A stretch of DNA of 64,000 nucleotides. Origin: Chrysomallon squamiferum. Lineage: Eukaryota > Animalia > Mollusca. The translations under genes were made by a program, and so were the position numbers. The stretch's first letter is position 1. Every line of letters begins with the position of its first letter. Below, piece by piece: positions 40,729-54,875 of the stretch. Under the pieces are notes generated by a model, which worked only from the letters and a program-made list of their open reading frames with translations, was not told the origin of the DNA and made no database searches. Location: NCBI GenBank assembly GCA_012295275.1, contig CM022667.1, forward strand, positions 16,368,001-16,432,000, in the 5' to 3' direction.

Positions 40729-42617
40729 AACAAAGCTAGCTATTGCATGTAAGTATAAACAGACTTTAAGAGGTCTGACAGATATTTTTCGATGATACTG
40801 AGGTACTTTGTCCCGTCCGAGTGATCACTGTACATTAAAGATTCTGGTAGATGCTACTCTTTCTATTAAACTATTATGAAGATGGCGTTAAATTAATATG
40901 TATCCAGTAGCCAATGACAGAACACTATCCGCAATGTTCTACTTGAGTTGTTAAATTATTAAAATACAGTAGTACAAAAAAAAAAAAAAAAAAAAAAAAA
41001 TTCTTTAGAGTATAAAACATAATTTTCAACATTTCATGCTCCATAGCAAATACTGCCGTTCTGTCTATTAACGGAATAACTGATCTTATATACAAAAACA
41101 TAACCTGTTCAGTTAACTGTACACCACCCATGTCTGTTGTAACTTGCAACAAAACAAACATAAACACTTGACAATATAAATTTTAAGTATCAAGACTCAG
41201 TAATGTATATATACTTCAAAGGTAAAAATGACTAATAATATATATACGTCATGCATTAATAATTCTATTTGAAAAATTTACGTATATTCATTTGATTATG
41301 TTCTTTGAAAATATATTCATGGATTTAGAAATAGTTTCCTTCTGATCAGTCGAGTACGACTGATCGAGTTGGTGGTTGTTTTTCTTTTGTTCTTTATTTT
41401 TATTTTAGACAATATAATCTTCAGACTGTCTGTATTTTGTTCTGTTATGACCGATACGAATAAATGCAGGAACGAATCAAGGTTAACATACAATGAGAAG
41501 TGTTGAGTTTACAAAGAAATACAGCGATTAAAAACAACAGTATTGATACAAATACTTTTACTGGTGGTCATTTTGACAAACAAATGTATGCACATACATA
41601 TCTGAAGAAACTGACATACATAACCTATCTACCTACTTACTCACACACGCATTCACACACAAATTCAACAGTGTATTTATAAACTAAAGAAATAAAACAT
41701 TAATAACCATACCAAAGATAAATAGATAATAATTAATAGAAAATAATGTTTAATTGTGTTTTTTAGTAGTTGTTTAAATTTGTTTAATATAAGAACCTTT
41801 AACAAACACGGGTTGTCTAAGTACATTTCCCGTTTCAGCAGGATCCCACAAACGCAATATTATTAAATAAAATTATATTTTATGCGGAAGCTGTTATTAA
41901 AACACTCCTTGCTCTTAATCAATAAACAAAATTCTCGTGCAGCGGTGGTTATAGATTTCTTTCTTATTTCAAAATCCTCTTTTTCCACTTTTATTTATTT
42001 TCTTCGAGAAAAATATGAATATAAAATTAAAAAAAAAAGGTTTCATGTATAATAATCATTAATACTGAAATGCATGGTACGTTCGTTAAATAAATACCTA
42101 TCCATCCATTGCACTTGTGATATCTTTCCCAGGTAATCTTCTTACAAAATATTTTTTTCTCACTTTGACACGTAATATATCATTGTCTTCCCGCAATTTG
42201 AAAGTGTTTTGATTTCCAGATACAATCATCTTGAAATACCAGTCTGTTTGATGAGGCGCAAGGCGCTCGAGGGTTAATTTGACATTCTTTGGTCGGCGTT
42301 TTGTAATTTTTTTATGACACAGAAAGTGAGATAATGTCATAAACTGTTAGCTTATCTAGTTACTGAAATATTAGGGCAGAGAAACTGAATAAGGTAGAAC
42401 TAAGTAAACTAGAAGGTAATAAAATAAAATAAAATAAAATAAAATAAAACAAAGTAAAATAAAATAAAATAAAACAAAATCAAATTAATTGTGCAGTATT
42501 TTAGAATTGATACTTAAAAAAACATTCGCTCATTAAAACTGATAGAATAATAATAATAATGCAAAATCTATGAGGTTAAAATATTCGTAGAACGTAGTTA
42601 TAAAAAAAATACAACAT

Positions 42618-42666
<49 letters not shown>

Positions 42667-45185
42667 CAACAACATAGAAAGATAGAAAGATCGATAGATA
42701 GATAGATAGATATATAGTTATTATAGCGCCAGTCTCGGGCCTTACCCTTCATAATGTGGTTATTAATATTTACCATTAAAACGTTTCACTCTACAATGCA
42801 ACTCTTTCAGTGTTTTAATAATTGGCGCCTTCGGAAAAAATAAAGGTACTAACTGCCTATTAACTGTGAATGCTAATGTGTATCTTTTGTCTTGTCATCA
42901 TCGTTGTTTTTGTTACAGTGTTCAGTTATGTGTATAGTGCACCAATCAGTAATACTTTTGTTACCTCAGAGTGTTAGCAAATGTTTCACCAGCTTCTAAG
43001 TACTAAGTGCATTAATAACGTTACAAACGAATTTAGTGTGAAATCCTTAGGGACAATAACAGAATAAAATAAAACAGTTTTTCGTCACAGTTTAAATACT
43101 TTAACCTGCAGTAGTTAACATGACTGTCATTTCTATACCAAGCTCATTTCGATCCTCGCTATCTCGAACGACAATCAGCTAAATATTTTAAAATTAGCTA
43201 CGTCAGATATACAGGTTTAGTAATTTTCAGTATTTGTGCGCATACTCCAATTGTTTTCTCCTTCTTCCTGTTCTTTTCTTCTTCGTCCTCAGTTTTCTTC
43301 TTTTTTTTTGTTGTCTACTTCTCTGATCTTCATCGTATTTTTGATTTTCTTTGTTCTTTTTCATTTGCTCTCTCTTCGCCTGCTGCCCCTTGAATCTTCT
43401 GTTTTTCTTATTTTATTTGTCATTTAGTTACTTTTTTCTTAATTCATATTACTTTTCCCTTCCTCATATCACCGTACTTTTTCTTCATGCTTTTAAAATG
43501 AAAAGCACTAATTTTTACTGACGTACGTAAGAAAATAATAAGACGATTAAAACGACCGCATTAATTCTTGTACAGTTGATGAGCAACAGTTAATGGAATA
43601 TTAACATCTTATTAAATCTCTCATTTCATCTGAATGCTGCAATTTCCTTAAGATCCGTTTATGCTTTGATCTATACCTTTTACGGAAATTATAAATACAG
43701 TACTGGCTAACTATCATCATTATCATCAAAAACTCTAATTCATATGAAGTTCGTGGTTTTTAATTTTCATAATGTCGTTAAGCTTCTTCTGATGTTCATG
43801 AGTATGCTGTATGCTATCTTGAACTTTTTCATTATAATTATTTTTCTTTGACTTTATAGGACTAAACAATCTCTAAAGCAACAACGGTTACTTTTATTCT
43901 CCTGAAAAGCAAATAGCATTTGCTTCGATATATTCATTAGCAAATTTCAAAGCTCTTACCACTAATTAAACATCGACTAAGTATTTACAAGATCTGAGGC
44001 ACAAACTTTCGTACATACACGACACAAAGAAGATACTCAAGTTTAATATTTATAGCAAATTGTGATACGACCTTCCATTCGTAGCAATGTATTTTTAAAC
44101 AAGAATTAGTTAGATATAAATTTCATTAAAAATCTGTTTTACGTATTTTATTTCTCTTTTATACTTTTTCAGAAACTTTAGAACATCAGCAATAAACATA
44201 TTTTATCAATGGTAAAAAAAAAAAATAATAATATTCGTAGGTTTTTTCTCAGTTGCATAAGCATTAGCCTTGCCACACCGATAATAAACGTACTTTATCA
44301 GCGGTAAAATTATGTTTTATGTACATTAAATCAAGTATTATTACGTTATGCCACACGGTGACAAGATAAAGTGTTATCTATAATAACGTGTCACGTATAC
44401 GTACCCAGTTCTAATCACCGGTCCTCGGGCGATGGTATCGATATTTATGACGTGATAAGTTGTTTCCTTTAGGCAGTGATGTTCGTGCAAGATAAAATAT
44501 TAAAACAGCGTGTGAAAATAGATGCAGTATTTTCACCTATCGCACGAGTTCCATATTTTCTTTATAATAATGCATCTCGTAATTAATGTTTCGGCTTCAA
44601 CTTACTTTGTTTTTCATTCGGTTTTCTTCGGACACTCTCGGCTACATCGATTCGGCTCAGTTTGTCGTAACTTGATCTATCGTATGTTAAAACAGAAGCT
44701 GAAATTAACATATTCGTTAATACGAAAACAACATTCTTAATTTCATCAGTACTTAATCTTACCGTACATTCAAGCTCTTATTATTTGGCTTCGCTCTCTG
44801 TCTAGCGTCTCACAACTTCGTTAAATTTCGTTTCATTTCGGGATTTCTCGTTCAGATTCGGTTTCGCAAAGTTCTATTTCCATAAACTATACAGTAGTGT
44901 GGTAAAATTCAATAGCGTTTGGTATTTTACGATTTGATAATTGTAGGATGTATTATAAAGCAGCAAAGCTATTTCGGAACTAAAACATTTATTTTTCTGA
45001 AGGCATTACGGGTGTTCGTCAGACGTGACACTAAAAACGTGATTCAATTTTCAGTTCTTATGGTTTTTTTCTTTCTTAAAAATAATTGATAAATTAAGCA
45101 CGTTCGCACGCTTGAACCGCAATATCGAACATAATAAAGACTTTTTTTTTTTTTTTTTTGATACACTTAATAAGGTAAGTTCTTC

Positions 45186-45298
45186 ATCTAATAATAATGA
45201 TGATGATGATGGTGGTAGTGGTCTTGTTAATAATAATGATGGTGACTGTAATATAATACAAAACAAAAGAAACAACAACAAGAACAACAACAATAATA

Positions 45299-45336
<38 letters not shown>

Positions 45337-45530
45337 AATAATAATAATAATAATAATAATAACGATAATAATAAATAACAATAGAAATAATAACAATAAC
45401 GATATTAATAACAACAACAGCAATAGTAATAATAATAATAATTATTATTATTATTATTATTGTTATTGTTATTGTTATTGTTATTATTATTAATAATAAT
45501 ATTATCATCATCATCATCATCATCGTCATC
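45186..45530. repeat. Compound trinucleotide microsatellite (AAT/GAT/AAC/TAT/CAT)
   Basis: Directly visible. Confidence 0.9.
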
Positions 45531-47130
45531 TGTATGTTCTATTTTTTTCAAAACAATCTAAAAAATCTCCGTTGTGATTAGATAAAAAATTCGAATCGAG
45601 ATGATTAAAACAAAACTCTAATTACTTATTATTAATAATTTCCATTAAATTACGGTACCGTTATAGATTAGATCCCACCCCTTTATGATTATCTTCATTA
45701 CTTTATAATCAATGATTTCCTTTTAATGAAGCAAACAGGCAAGAGCAACAAAAAACAAACACTGCGAGAATATTTTTGATATTTTTCCACTCTCCTATTA
45801 AAGTTCGTACAGGTTCATGTAAACAGTTTTGATAAATATCAATATGTTAATAGTAGTGGTAGCCTTGTAGTGGTAAATAAATTAATAAAGAATATTTTCA
45901 AAATTAAAAGAAAATTGTCAAAACAGAAAATAAAGATAAGAATTAGAAATAATCTCATGCTAAAAAGAAACAGAAGAAAAAGTAAAGAAAGATAATAAGA
46001 AAAAAGAAAACTCGAAAAATCGAAAGAAAGAATTATAACTAAAGAAGACAGAAATGAAGGAAAAAGAGGTGAAACACGAGAAAACTGCGGATTTATGATT
46101 AGATAAGCGGTAGATAACTTATCAGTTTTCATTACAGTTTTTGTCGTTCCACTTAATGCTCCAAATTTGGCTGTAACTGAAGTGTTATAAACAAGACCAG
46201 TGTGTTTCTCGTACTAAAACTAGCTCATTATTCTTTACATTAACCGTTAATGTGAGAATACAGATACATCATTAAACAACTACACATTTAGTTTGATTCA
46301 TTCTTACTAATTAATTAGTTTATTATTTCTGCTGCGTACATTTCATTATTTCCGTCTGTTCATTCATTTGTTCAGACAAACGCACACACAAACACACACA
46401 AATATTTAAAAAAAAAAAAAATAGGGGTAAAAAAATAGGTCAGTGAATGTAAGTAATATAACATTTCCCTGAAACTCATCAAATGAGGTAAAACCCATAT
46501 GATGTATTTGCAAATTGATTTTTGTAATTAAGCAAAATAATTAATAATTTCTTATCCTCTGTTACTTATCCGTGGTAAAAATATTGTCGATAATTTGTTA
46601 TGACAGCAGAGTAGTAGTTGTGTGTGTTTATGAATAAATAGACACATACCTACCTACAAACGTACGTATGTATATTTTAGTTTAGTACATTTTGGGTTAT
46701 TTTGGTGCTATCTATCTTTCTTTGCATATATGTCTGTCTGACAAAGCATTTGTTACGGTGATCTCTTCGGTCAGTGATCTATTACAGCCAAAAAAAAAAA
46801 AAAAAAAACAATTTGTTGTGTACAGACCAATGTGCAAGTTCTAAAAACAAAATGTTCAAAATAATATTAAAAATTCCCTATAGTTGGCTTCTTTTCTATA
46901 CTCAGAAATAATTAAAAATACAGTTCTGTTCAGAAATTCAAAAGAACGATTCTTCTAGGTGCATTTAGACCTAAACAGTCGCCATTACAAGACTGATCAC
47001 CTGAAAATGAATCTGGTCATTGTATAAACGATAAGAGCGAACGTGTGGCCTGTCGATCAAATATGACCTTCGTAGCTACATTAAATTCACCTTGCACCAA
47101 TGCTGAACGATTATTTGACAAAGAAAAGAG

Positions 47131-47300
47131 TATATTTTAATTTATCGAAAGAAATGAACGATCTATCACCGATATATTTTAATTTATCGAAAGAAATGAA
47201 CGATCTATCACCGATATATTTTAATTTATCGAAAGACATGAACGATCTATCACTGATATATTTTAATTTATCGAAAGAAATGAACGATCTATCACTGATA
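47131..47300. repeat. 42-bp minisatellite, 4 copies
   Basis: Unit tatattttaatttatcgaaaga(a/c)atgaacgatctatcac(c/t)ga at 47131, 47173, 47215 and 47257. Confidence 0.95.
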
Positions 47301-48147
47301 TTAAATTTGCACTTTATTTACAAAATGGATCTTATAGGTTCAGGGTTTTGGTTTGGCTGGTGCGTTTTTCATTAATATTTTAGTCATCATTATTTATCCA
47401 TATTTGTTACCATTAGGAATATTTTAAAGTCATTAAAATAACTTTTATTCAGTATTGTCACAGACCATAAACAAAAATAGAGGTTTGTTTTTTATTACAA
47501 ATTTGTTAACTATCTAAATTGTTGTGGATAATTTAAAAATATTTGTTTCTTAAAATCTGTTGTAATGAAATTATTCTCTTATGCCTCTTGAATTCTGTTG
47601 ATAATTCATCGGAAATAATCTGCCATTTACGGTTTACGTTTAGCATTGAAATCATTACTATCTTTCAATAAATACTACTATTTATGCTACTGTTTGTACT
47701 ACTACTACTACTAATTAATAATAATAATAAGAAGAATAAGAAGAAGAAGAAGAAGAAGAAGGAGAAGAAGAAAAAAGAAAAAAAGAAACAAACAAACAAA
47801 AATAAAGAAAAATAAAAATATATTCCGGGTTATACTCTAAAAGTTCATTGGCTGAAGATTTTGTTCAAGACTTCACTTTGACGAAAAGGATATGCTTTAC
47901 AAAATAAATATAGGACAGCTCATCAATCATCGCGATATTATGATGAAAAAAAAGTAATCAGAGAAAGAAGAAAAAAAAATGTCAAACAATTGAATATTTT
48001 AAAATCTATTCTATATCATAAAGAAATTAAAAAAAAAATAGCAGATCAAAAAGAAAAAATAATCATTTGATCAAAATAGCTTATAATAAACATAATGAAT
48101 GATAAAAAGTTATGATGCTGAAGCGACTGCTACTCTTAATAAAAAAA

Positions 48148-48221
<74 letters not shown>

Positions 48222-48271
48222 AAGAGAGAGAGACCCAACAAACTAAATCAGATGTCTCAACCCCTGGAATC

Positions 48272-48302
<31 letters not shown>

Positions 48303-48890
48303 ACAATAATAATAATAAATACGACAACGATAATGACAATGATTAACAAACTTTGTTACAAAGAATCCACGTACTAAAACTCCAGAATTTTACTACGAAA
48401 ATAATAATAATAATAATAACATTTAAAACATCGACCATTAAGTGGAACTTTTCTTCTGTTTGACCTTGGCGATTACAAAGTGTCATTAAAGGTGAAAAGA
48501 GATACTTGTTTTGATGAAAAATGAGACGATCCGTCTGAATCTAGTATTACAGCGTCCATTTATATTTGTATGTTCGTGTTATCCGCCTTGGTTTCAAGAG
48601 ACCCAGAGTGTAATAAGAAACTTAAACTAACTCGTATCAGATAGCCAAGGAGAAATATATTTAGTAATTTCAGCTATAAATATTGTCCTCTTAATCGATG
48701 TGACCTTGCAGCGACTACTAGACGTTCTTGATATTCTGGTCACCTTTGTAATGAGGGCATTTTGACATAACAAAATAAGTAAATACGGCGTTCTAGACAC
48801 ACACACACAGGTGTGTATGTGTGTGTGTCTGTGTATATGTGTGTAAGAGTGTCTAGAACTTCATGCATACGTACATAACATAAATATATA

Positions 48891-48942
<52 letters not shown>

Positions 48943-51494
48943 TATACACATATACATACATACATACATGCACTTGCTCACCATATAATTATATACATTA
49001 AATTCACTTCTATATCATCAAAATATATACTCCCCATACTCTTCAAGCCAATCTGAAACAGGCCTTGTAATTTATTTTCCTATTTTTACGACTGAAACCT
49101 TATGTATTATTTCGATTCCTTTCATTACTTAACAACAAACTGGCCACATCCATTACTAAGCACATCAGCAAATGATATCGTATTAACTAAAACTAATTCC
49201 ATCTATTAACTCATTAGATACTTAGCATTACTCGAAATTCGTTTAATATAACTCAATCAACCAAAACGTAACGCTTATACCTATAGTAGGTACAATAGAT
49301 ATTAAGAAAATATTCAGGTTTCATTTCAATTAGAAGTGTTTATGGTTGATGACATTAACGGATGCAGTTTAAATGAAACTATTGACAGATGTGGATTCAT
49401 AATTAGTTCCAACTCATCTAACTTCATAAAATATATTGAAGCTCAAATATTGCAGTTAATAGGTAAATATAAGGTTAGTGATGAATACTAGTAATGCAAG
49501 TAAATAGTGAAGGTCGTAGGTTTACAGATACATCCAAACAAATATATACGCCGACACACACACACCAACACACATGAACATGATGTACATGAACACCAAC
49601 AATAAGAATATTCCACTATAAACACATTTGTACGTACATACACAAACAAACACAAAGACATTGACAATATACAAAAATATACACATATCCAGAAAAAATT
49701 ACAGAAATACAAACACATACACCCATATACATACACACACACATACTCACATATACGATGTTATATATTCTGATCCTGCTTTGTGGTATATTATCTTCTC
49801 AAACTCTGACAGATCGAGTTTCTACGTGATAACATCATTACCATTCATATTCCAAAACATTGTTACCACTAACAGCTTTACACCCGCTTTATCACTGTAT
49901 ATCTGTAACAGCTCATACTTTTCTTTATTCGCTTTTGTTGTTTTCGCATTTATTGAAAATTAAGAACCTAAAAACGTGACGAAGTTGTATATTAAGTAAT
50001 TTTGCATAAGTGACGATATGACCCAACGCAGAAGAATGATGGAACTAATGATTATTAACAGTAGAGCCACTGTGTACACACATAGTCGTTGAACTAACTG
50101 TGTATGATTTTATATGCTTGATTTAAAAAAATATATATATATAAATAATAATAATAATGAAATTAAAGGAAGCAGCACGTCACTTATTTAGATGGTAGTC
50201 TATAAAACCAACAGGAACTCTTATGGATTTTGTCCAGAATTCTTCTTCATTCTTCTTCTCTTCCTCTTCTTCTTCTTCTTCTTCTTCTTCTTCTTCTTCT
50301 TCTTCTTCTTTTTCTTATTATTATTATTATTATTAATATTATTATTAATGGTAATGGTAATTAGGTAAAACCATCATTTACAAATCATTTTAATTCTGAT
50401 GTTCGTTGGCAATGTCCACTCATTTATGATCTATGAACCAGTCTTGAACGGGAAAACATACAAAAAAAAACAAAAAAACAACAAAACACTCTGACATTAT
50501 TGTTGTGTCATTTAAATCAGTCTATGCGACATACGTGTTTTTATTACAAAATATACTACATTTCTGCTACATTTTTTGAGAAAATCCTGAACATAAAATA
50601 TAACTGTCAATTGTTGTTTTGAACATAGAAATATTGTTATTTATATTCGCCAATAAAATCAGTAATGTTATCTTTCTTTTGCCTAAAATCAGGATATCTG
50701 CAAAGAATATTAACTTAGTTAAGAATGACTACAAACTCGAAGTAAACCTATATCATTTTATTGAACGCAAATGGAAAATATAACGGTAAAATAAGCCAAT
50801 AATTTTCCTTTGACAATAATCATGTGAATACCAGTGAGGTGCTGCTATGTCTTAGTACGTCGGTGCTTGCGTGAATTTGTGCATTTACATTTCCTTATTA
50901 CGTCATGAATTGATATTATCGATGAGTTGAGGTACAGATATTGTCGTGAACGAAATCTGAAAGTGTAACACACACACGCGCGCGCGCGCGCGCTCACACC
51001 GATACACATACATTGGTGGTGTGGTTGTTATCATTTCAGTTTTTGTTCCATTGTCGTCTTCGTTGTTATTGTTATAAACACAGCTTCAGAAAAACGTTCT
51101 AAACTTTCTAACCCTATTTTTGACATTTATATTATTTTAACTTTTACTTACGTACATTTATTTTCACTCAACTGCGAATAATAAAAAAATAATAATTAAA
51201 AAAGTATCCTTAGGCAATCTTTCGATGACAGAAACACCTAACAGATAAAAATAACTGCATGATATATTTGACGTACGACCGTTTATTATGCTGACTCATT
51301 TTAAGTGAGAAGTTGATAGAGTACATTAGACGGACATTTGTAGGTCATTTGTATAAGAAAACAAAATGGCGTTTATATTTGAATTACTTCATGCGGTAAT
51401 ATTGACATACTCAGATTTATGAAAACGACCACGGCAGCGGTGATGATGATAAAGATAATTAAAAAAAAAAAAAAAAAAAAAAAGTAAATAAATA

Positions 51495-51527
<33 letters not shown>

Positions 51528-51589
51528 TGTAACAGCAACAACAACAGCAAAAACGGACATAACAAGAACAATAACAACAACAATAATCT

Positions 51590-52180
51590 GATTATGATAT
51601 GAAATGATATAAATTGATACGATATTATTTTTATATGCTATATAATTATGATACAGAACAATACAACTTAACGGAACACAGTATAGTTTATTATTAGAGA
51701 GTACACGATAATAAAGCTTACAGTAGCACAGCATGACACAGCAGAGTATAATACAGTGTGGTGTAGTGTGGTATAATATAGCATAGGTTTTTAGTTTTAC
51801 GCCACTGGTATAATATAGTATAGTGTAGTACAGTAGAGAATAATGTAGCATAGTATAGCACAGTATCATACAACGTAGCATATTGTAGTCTAGAAAAGTA
51901 TAATATAGTATATTGTAGTATAAAATAGTATGATATAGTATAGTTAGTATATCAGATAATAATAATGCATAGTATAGTACGGTGTAGCATAGTATAGTAT
52001 AAAATGATATAGTATAGCATAGTGTAGTGTAGTAGAGTATATAGTAAATTTTAGTATGGTGTAGTATAGTATAGTGTAAAATAGTGCAGTATAGTGTAAT
52101 ATAGTAAAATGTGATGTTGCATAGTGTAGTATAGTATAGATTAGATTAATATAGTATAGTATAGTATAAATCATATATGA
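51590..52180. repeat. Degenerate pentanucleotide satellite (TAGTA/TAGCA/TAGTG)
   Basis: 5-bp periodicity is directly visible; it ends ~35 bp before the CA exon 2 acceptor. Confidence 0.85.
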
Positions 52181-52214
52181 CTAGACTTTTTGCTTATATA
52201 TGATTTAATTACAG

Positions 52215-52409
52215 GGCCATCCACATGGGTCAAATCTTACAAACATGCTTGTGGATCGGAACAATCGCCTATCGATATACAGAAAAACCGCATAACCTTT
52301 GACCCGACCCTCTCGAAAAATCCGCTTGTGATCAAGTACCAGCCAGAAAAGGAGTTGGAGATCACAAATAACGGACACTCAGTTCAAATAAACATTAAAC
52401 AACAATCAA
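52215..52409 (+). CDS. Alpha-carbonic anhydrase exon 2
   Basis: ttacag|GPSTW...GSEQSPIDI...NNGHSVQI...|gtaagt; QSPIDI motif and His64-equivalent NNGHS. Confidence 0.95.
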
Positions 52410-52631
52410 GTAAGTCACAAGATTAGCAGACTGACAGTCAGACAGACAGATAGATAGATAGATTATTAGACAGATAGATAGAAAGACACAGACAGACATA
52501 TAGGTACAGACAGTTTAAGGATGGATGACGGGTGGAATGAATGAATGATGGACGGATGGAAGGAAGGAAATATGGACGGATGGATTCAAAGACATAAATA
52601 GACAAAGAAAGAAAGAGAAAGAGAAAGAGGA

Positions 52632-52666
<35 letters not shown>

Positions 52667-52681
52667 ATTGGGTATATATAA

Positions 52682-52732
<51 letters not shown>

Positions 52733-52924
52733 AGTGTGCGTGTACTCATTGTTTTCTATTTGATATATCGTGATATATATATTTGTCATACATTATAAAA
52801 TCCTCAAAATTTATTATTTAAAAAAAAATTAATTAATAATAAATAAATGAAATATGTACTCCAGTGAAGTGAAGTAACATACAATGTTTCGGTAAAAAAG
52901 AAATTATTCTAATTTGTGTTTCAG

Positions 52925-53043
52925 CCATCAAAGGAGGACCTCTTCAGCATGAATACCGCCTAGCACAGTTCCACTATCACTGGGGCTCAGACAACACCAA
53001 GGGCTCGGAACATACAGTAGACGGAAAGACCTACCCAGCGGAG
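52925..53043 (+). CDS. Alpha-carbonic anhydrase exon 3
   Basis: tttcag|[39 protein letters not shown]|gt; Zn ligands equivalent to His94/His96 and Glu106. Confidence 0.96.
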
Positions 53044-53134
53044 GTGCTTATTTATTTATTTAATAGTTTATTTATTAGTTTTTTTATTAATATTATAATA
53101 AATTATGTATTTATTGCTAATGTTGTTATAGTTG

Positions 53135-53166
<32 letters not shown>

Positions 53167-53169
53167 TAG

Positions 53170-53223
<54 letters not shown>

Positions 53224-53375
53224 CCTCCCTCCCTCCCTCCCTTCCTCCCTCTTTCTCTCCCTCCCTCCCTACCGCTTTCTCTCTATGTCTTTGTGTGTGT
53301 GTGTGTATGTGTATTCCTTTACTTATAATTCCTAACAACAAATAAATGACACTTTACAATTACTTTTCATAACAG

Positions 53376-53471
53376 CTACATCTTGTACATTGGAATCAAG
53401 ATAAATACCAAACTATGGCTGATGCTGTGGACAAGCCAGATGGTCTTGCAGTTTTAGGAATTCTGTTCAAA
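53376..53471 (+). CDS. Alpha-carbonic anhydrase exon 4
   Basis: aacag|[32 protein letters not shown]|gtaatt; His119 equivalent and DGLAV motif. Confidence 0.96.
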
Positions 53472-53851
53472 GTAATTTTTCTTTGTAATTAGTACTTGTA
53501 TTGTTGGGTAATAAAATTTAATAGTCACGATTGCCATTTATACAAAGACATGCAACACACATAAATAAATACACACACACATGTATTTGAGTCAGTAGTA
53601 ACAACAAAATTCTGCTTACATAAATAAGTATCGAATGACAGGAATTCAAAATCTTCTACTCGGTTCCGAGTGCATACACACACACATACACACATAAACA
53701 CATACACACCTACACACATACATACATACAAACATACGTACACTGAAATGCACACGTACAGTACATTATATAATCACACAAACCAACACACGCACTCAGA
53801 CACATATATGTACGTTGATATAGTTATTTATTTATTTATTTATTTATTAAG

Positions 53852-53966
53852 GTTGGCAAGGAACATCCTGGATTTAAGATGATCACTGAAAATGTATCTA
53901 AGATCAAGTTCAAAGGAAAGTCGGTTCACGTGCAGGGATCCTTCAATCCACAACGCTTACTTCCAC
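53852..53966 (+). CDS. Alpha-carbonic anhydrase exon 5
   Basis: ttaag|VGKEHPGFKMITENVSKIKFKGKSVHVQGSFNPQRLLP|gtacgt; phases consistent. Confidence 0.92.
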
Positions 53967-54382
53967 GTACGTCATTGCTGTCTTTGTTAATAATGTTGTC
54001 GATGGTGTTTATGTTGCACATTTTTGATTCCGTTACACCTGAAATTTAAATGAACAAGAAGACGATAGTGATGATGATGATAACGTCGATGATGGTAATG
54101 ACAATGACGACGACGACGATAATGATGATGATTATATTTTTGCATGTACCATTATTTTATTTTTATTGTTATTATTATAATCGCAGTTGTACTTTGTTGT
54201 TATTTTTTTTTTATTGGTTTTGTTAAATAATAATAATAGTAATAAAAAAAGGTACTTAGCTTAGAGCGGAAGTGAAAGCATTTTTTTTTTTATATCTTAT
54301 GTACATGTTCATATCCTTCTACTTCTTCATCATCCTTTTTCTTTCTTTTTTTTTTCATTATTATTATTATTATTATTATCAG

Positions 54383-54492
54383 AAAACGTCAACAAGTACT
54401 GGACATACCATGGCTCTCTGACCACGCCTCCTTGTTACGAAAGTATTTCGTGGATTGTGTTTCAAGAACTTGTAGAAATCTCAGAAGACCAG
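54383..54492 (+). CDS. Alpha-carbonic anhydrase exon 6
   Basis: atcag|[36 protein letters not shown]|gtatgt; GSLTTPP (Thr199/200) motif. Confidence 0.96.
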
Positions 54493-54761
54493 GTATGTAA
54501 AGAACAAAATGTTATTTTAAAAAAATTCTAATAAAAACATTAATTTGTATTTATTTATACTTGGACATTTATGTTTCTGAAAAAATCATTTCAAATATAT
54601 TTGTTTTAATTTTAAATTACCGTGTAATCGGAATTTTTCAAAAACAGAGCAGTGATATATTGTTTTAATTATTATTTTTGGTTAATTTCATTGTTTCATG
54701 GATAGTTGTCCATTACTTATATATTTATTAGTGTATAATTATTATTTTATTATTTTTTAAG

Positions 54762-54875
54762 ATAAAAACTCTACGCGGTTTGTTCTGCAATGAATGTGAG
54801 GGAGAGCATATGGTGGACAACTTCCGGCCACCACTTCCGTTGGGCTCTCGGAACGTTAGATCTTCCACAGAGTAG
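54762..54875 (+). CDS. Alpha-carbonic anhydrase exon 7 (spliced product 258 aa, no signal peptide, cytosolic type)
   Basis: ttaag|IKTLRGLFCNECEGEHMVDNFRPPLPLGSRNVRSSTE*; MVDNFRP motif; the seven exons sum to 777 nt. Confidence 0.93.
   Translation: MKTLRGLFCNECEGEHMVDNFRPPLPLGSRNVRSSTE

Noticed and set aside
47131-47300. CRISPR-like array
   Set aside because: Units are contiguous with no unique spacers, no cas genes, eukaryotic context; it is a minisatellite.
50921-50940. ATGAGTTGAGGTACAG resembling a decayed copy of CA exon 1
   Set aside because: Short match with an immediate stop and no equivalent donor; compatible with chance.
52244-52270. Extracellular-type Cys23-Cys203 disulfide in the CA
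   Set aside because: In ACGSEQSP the Cys aligns to position 24 rather than 23, and no signal peptide is present.
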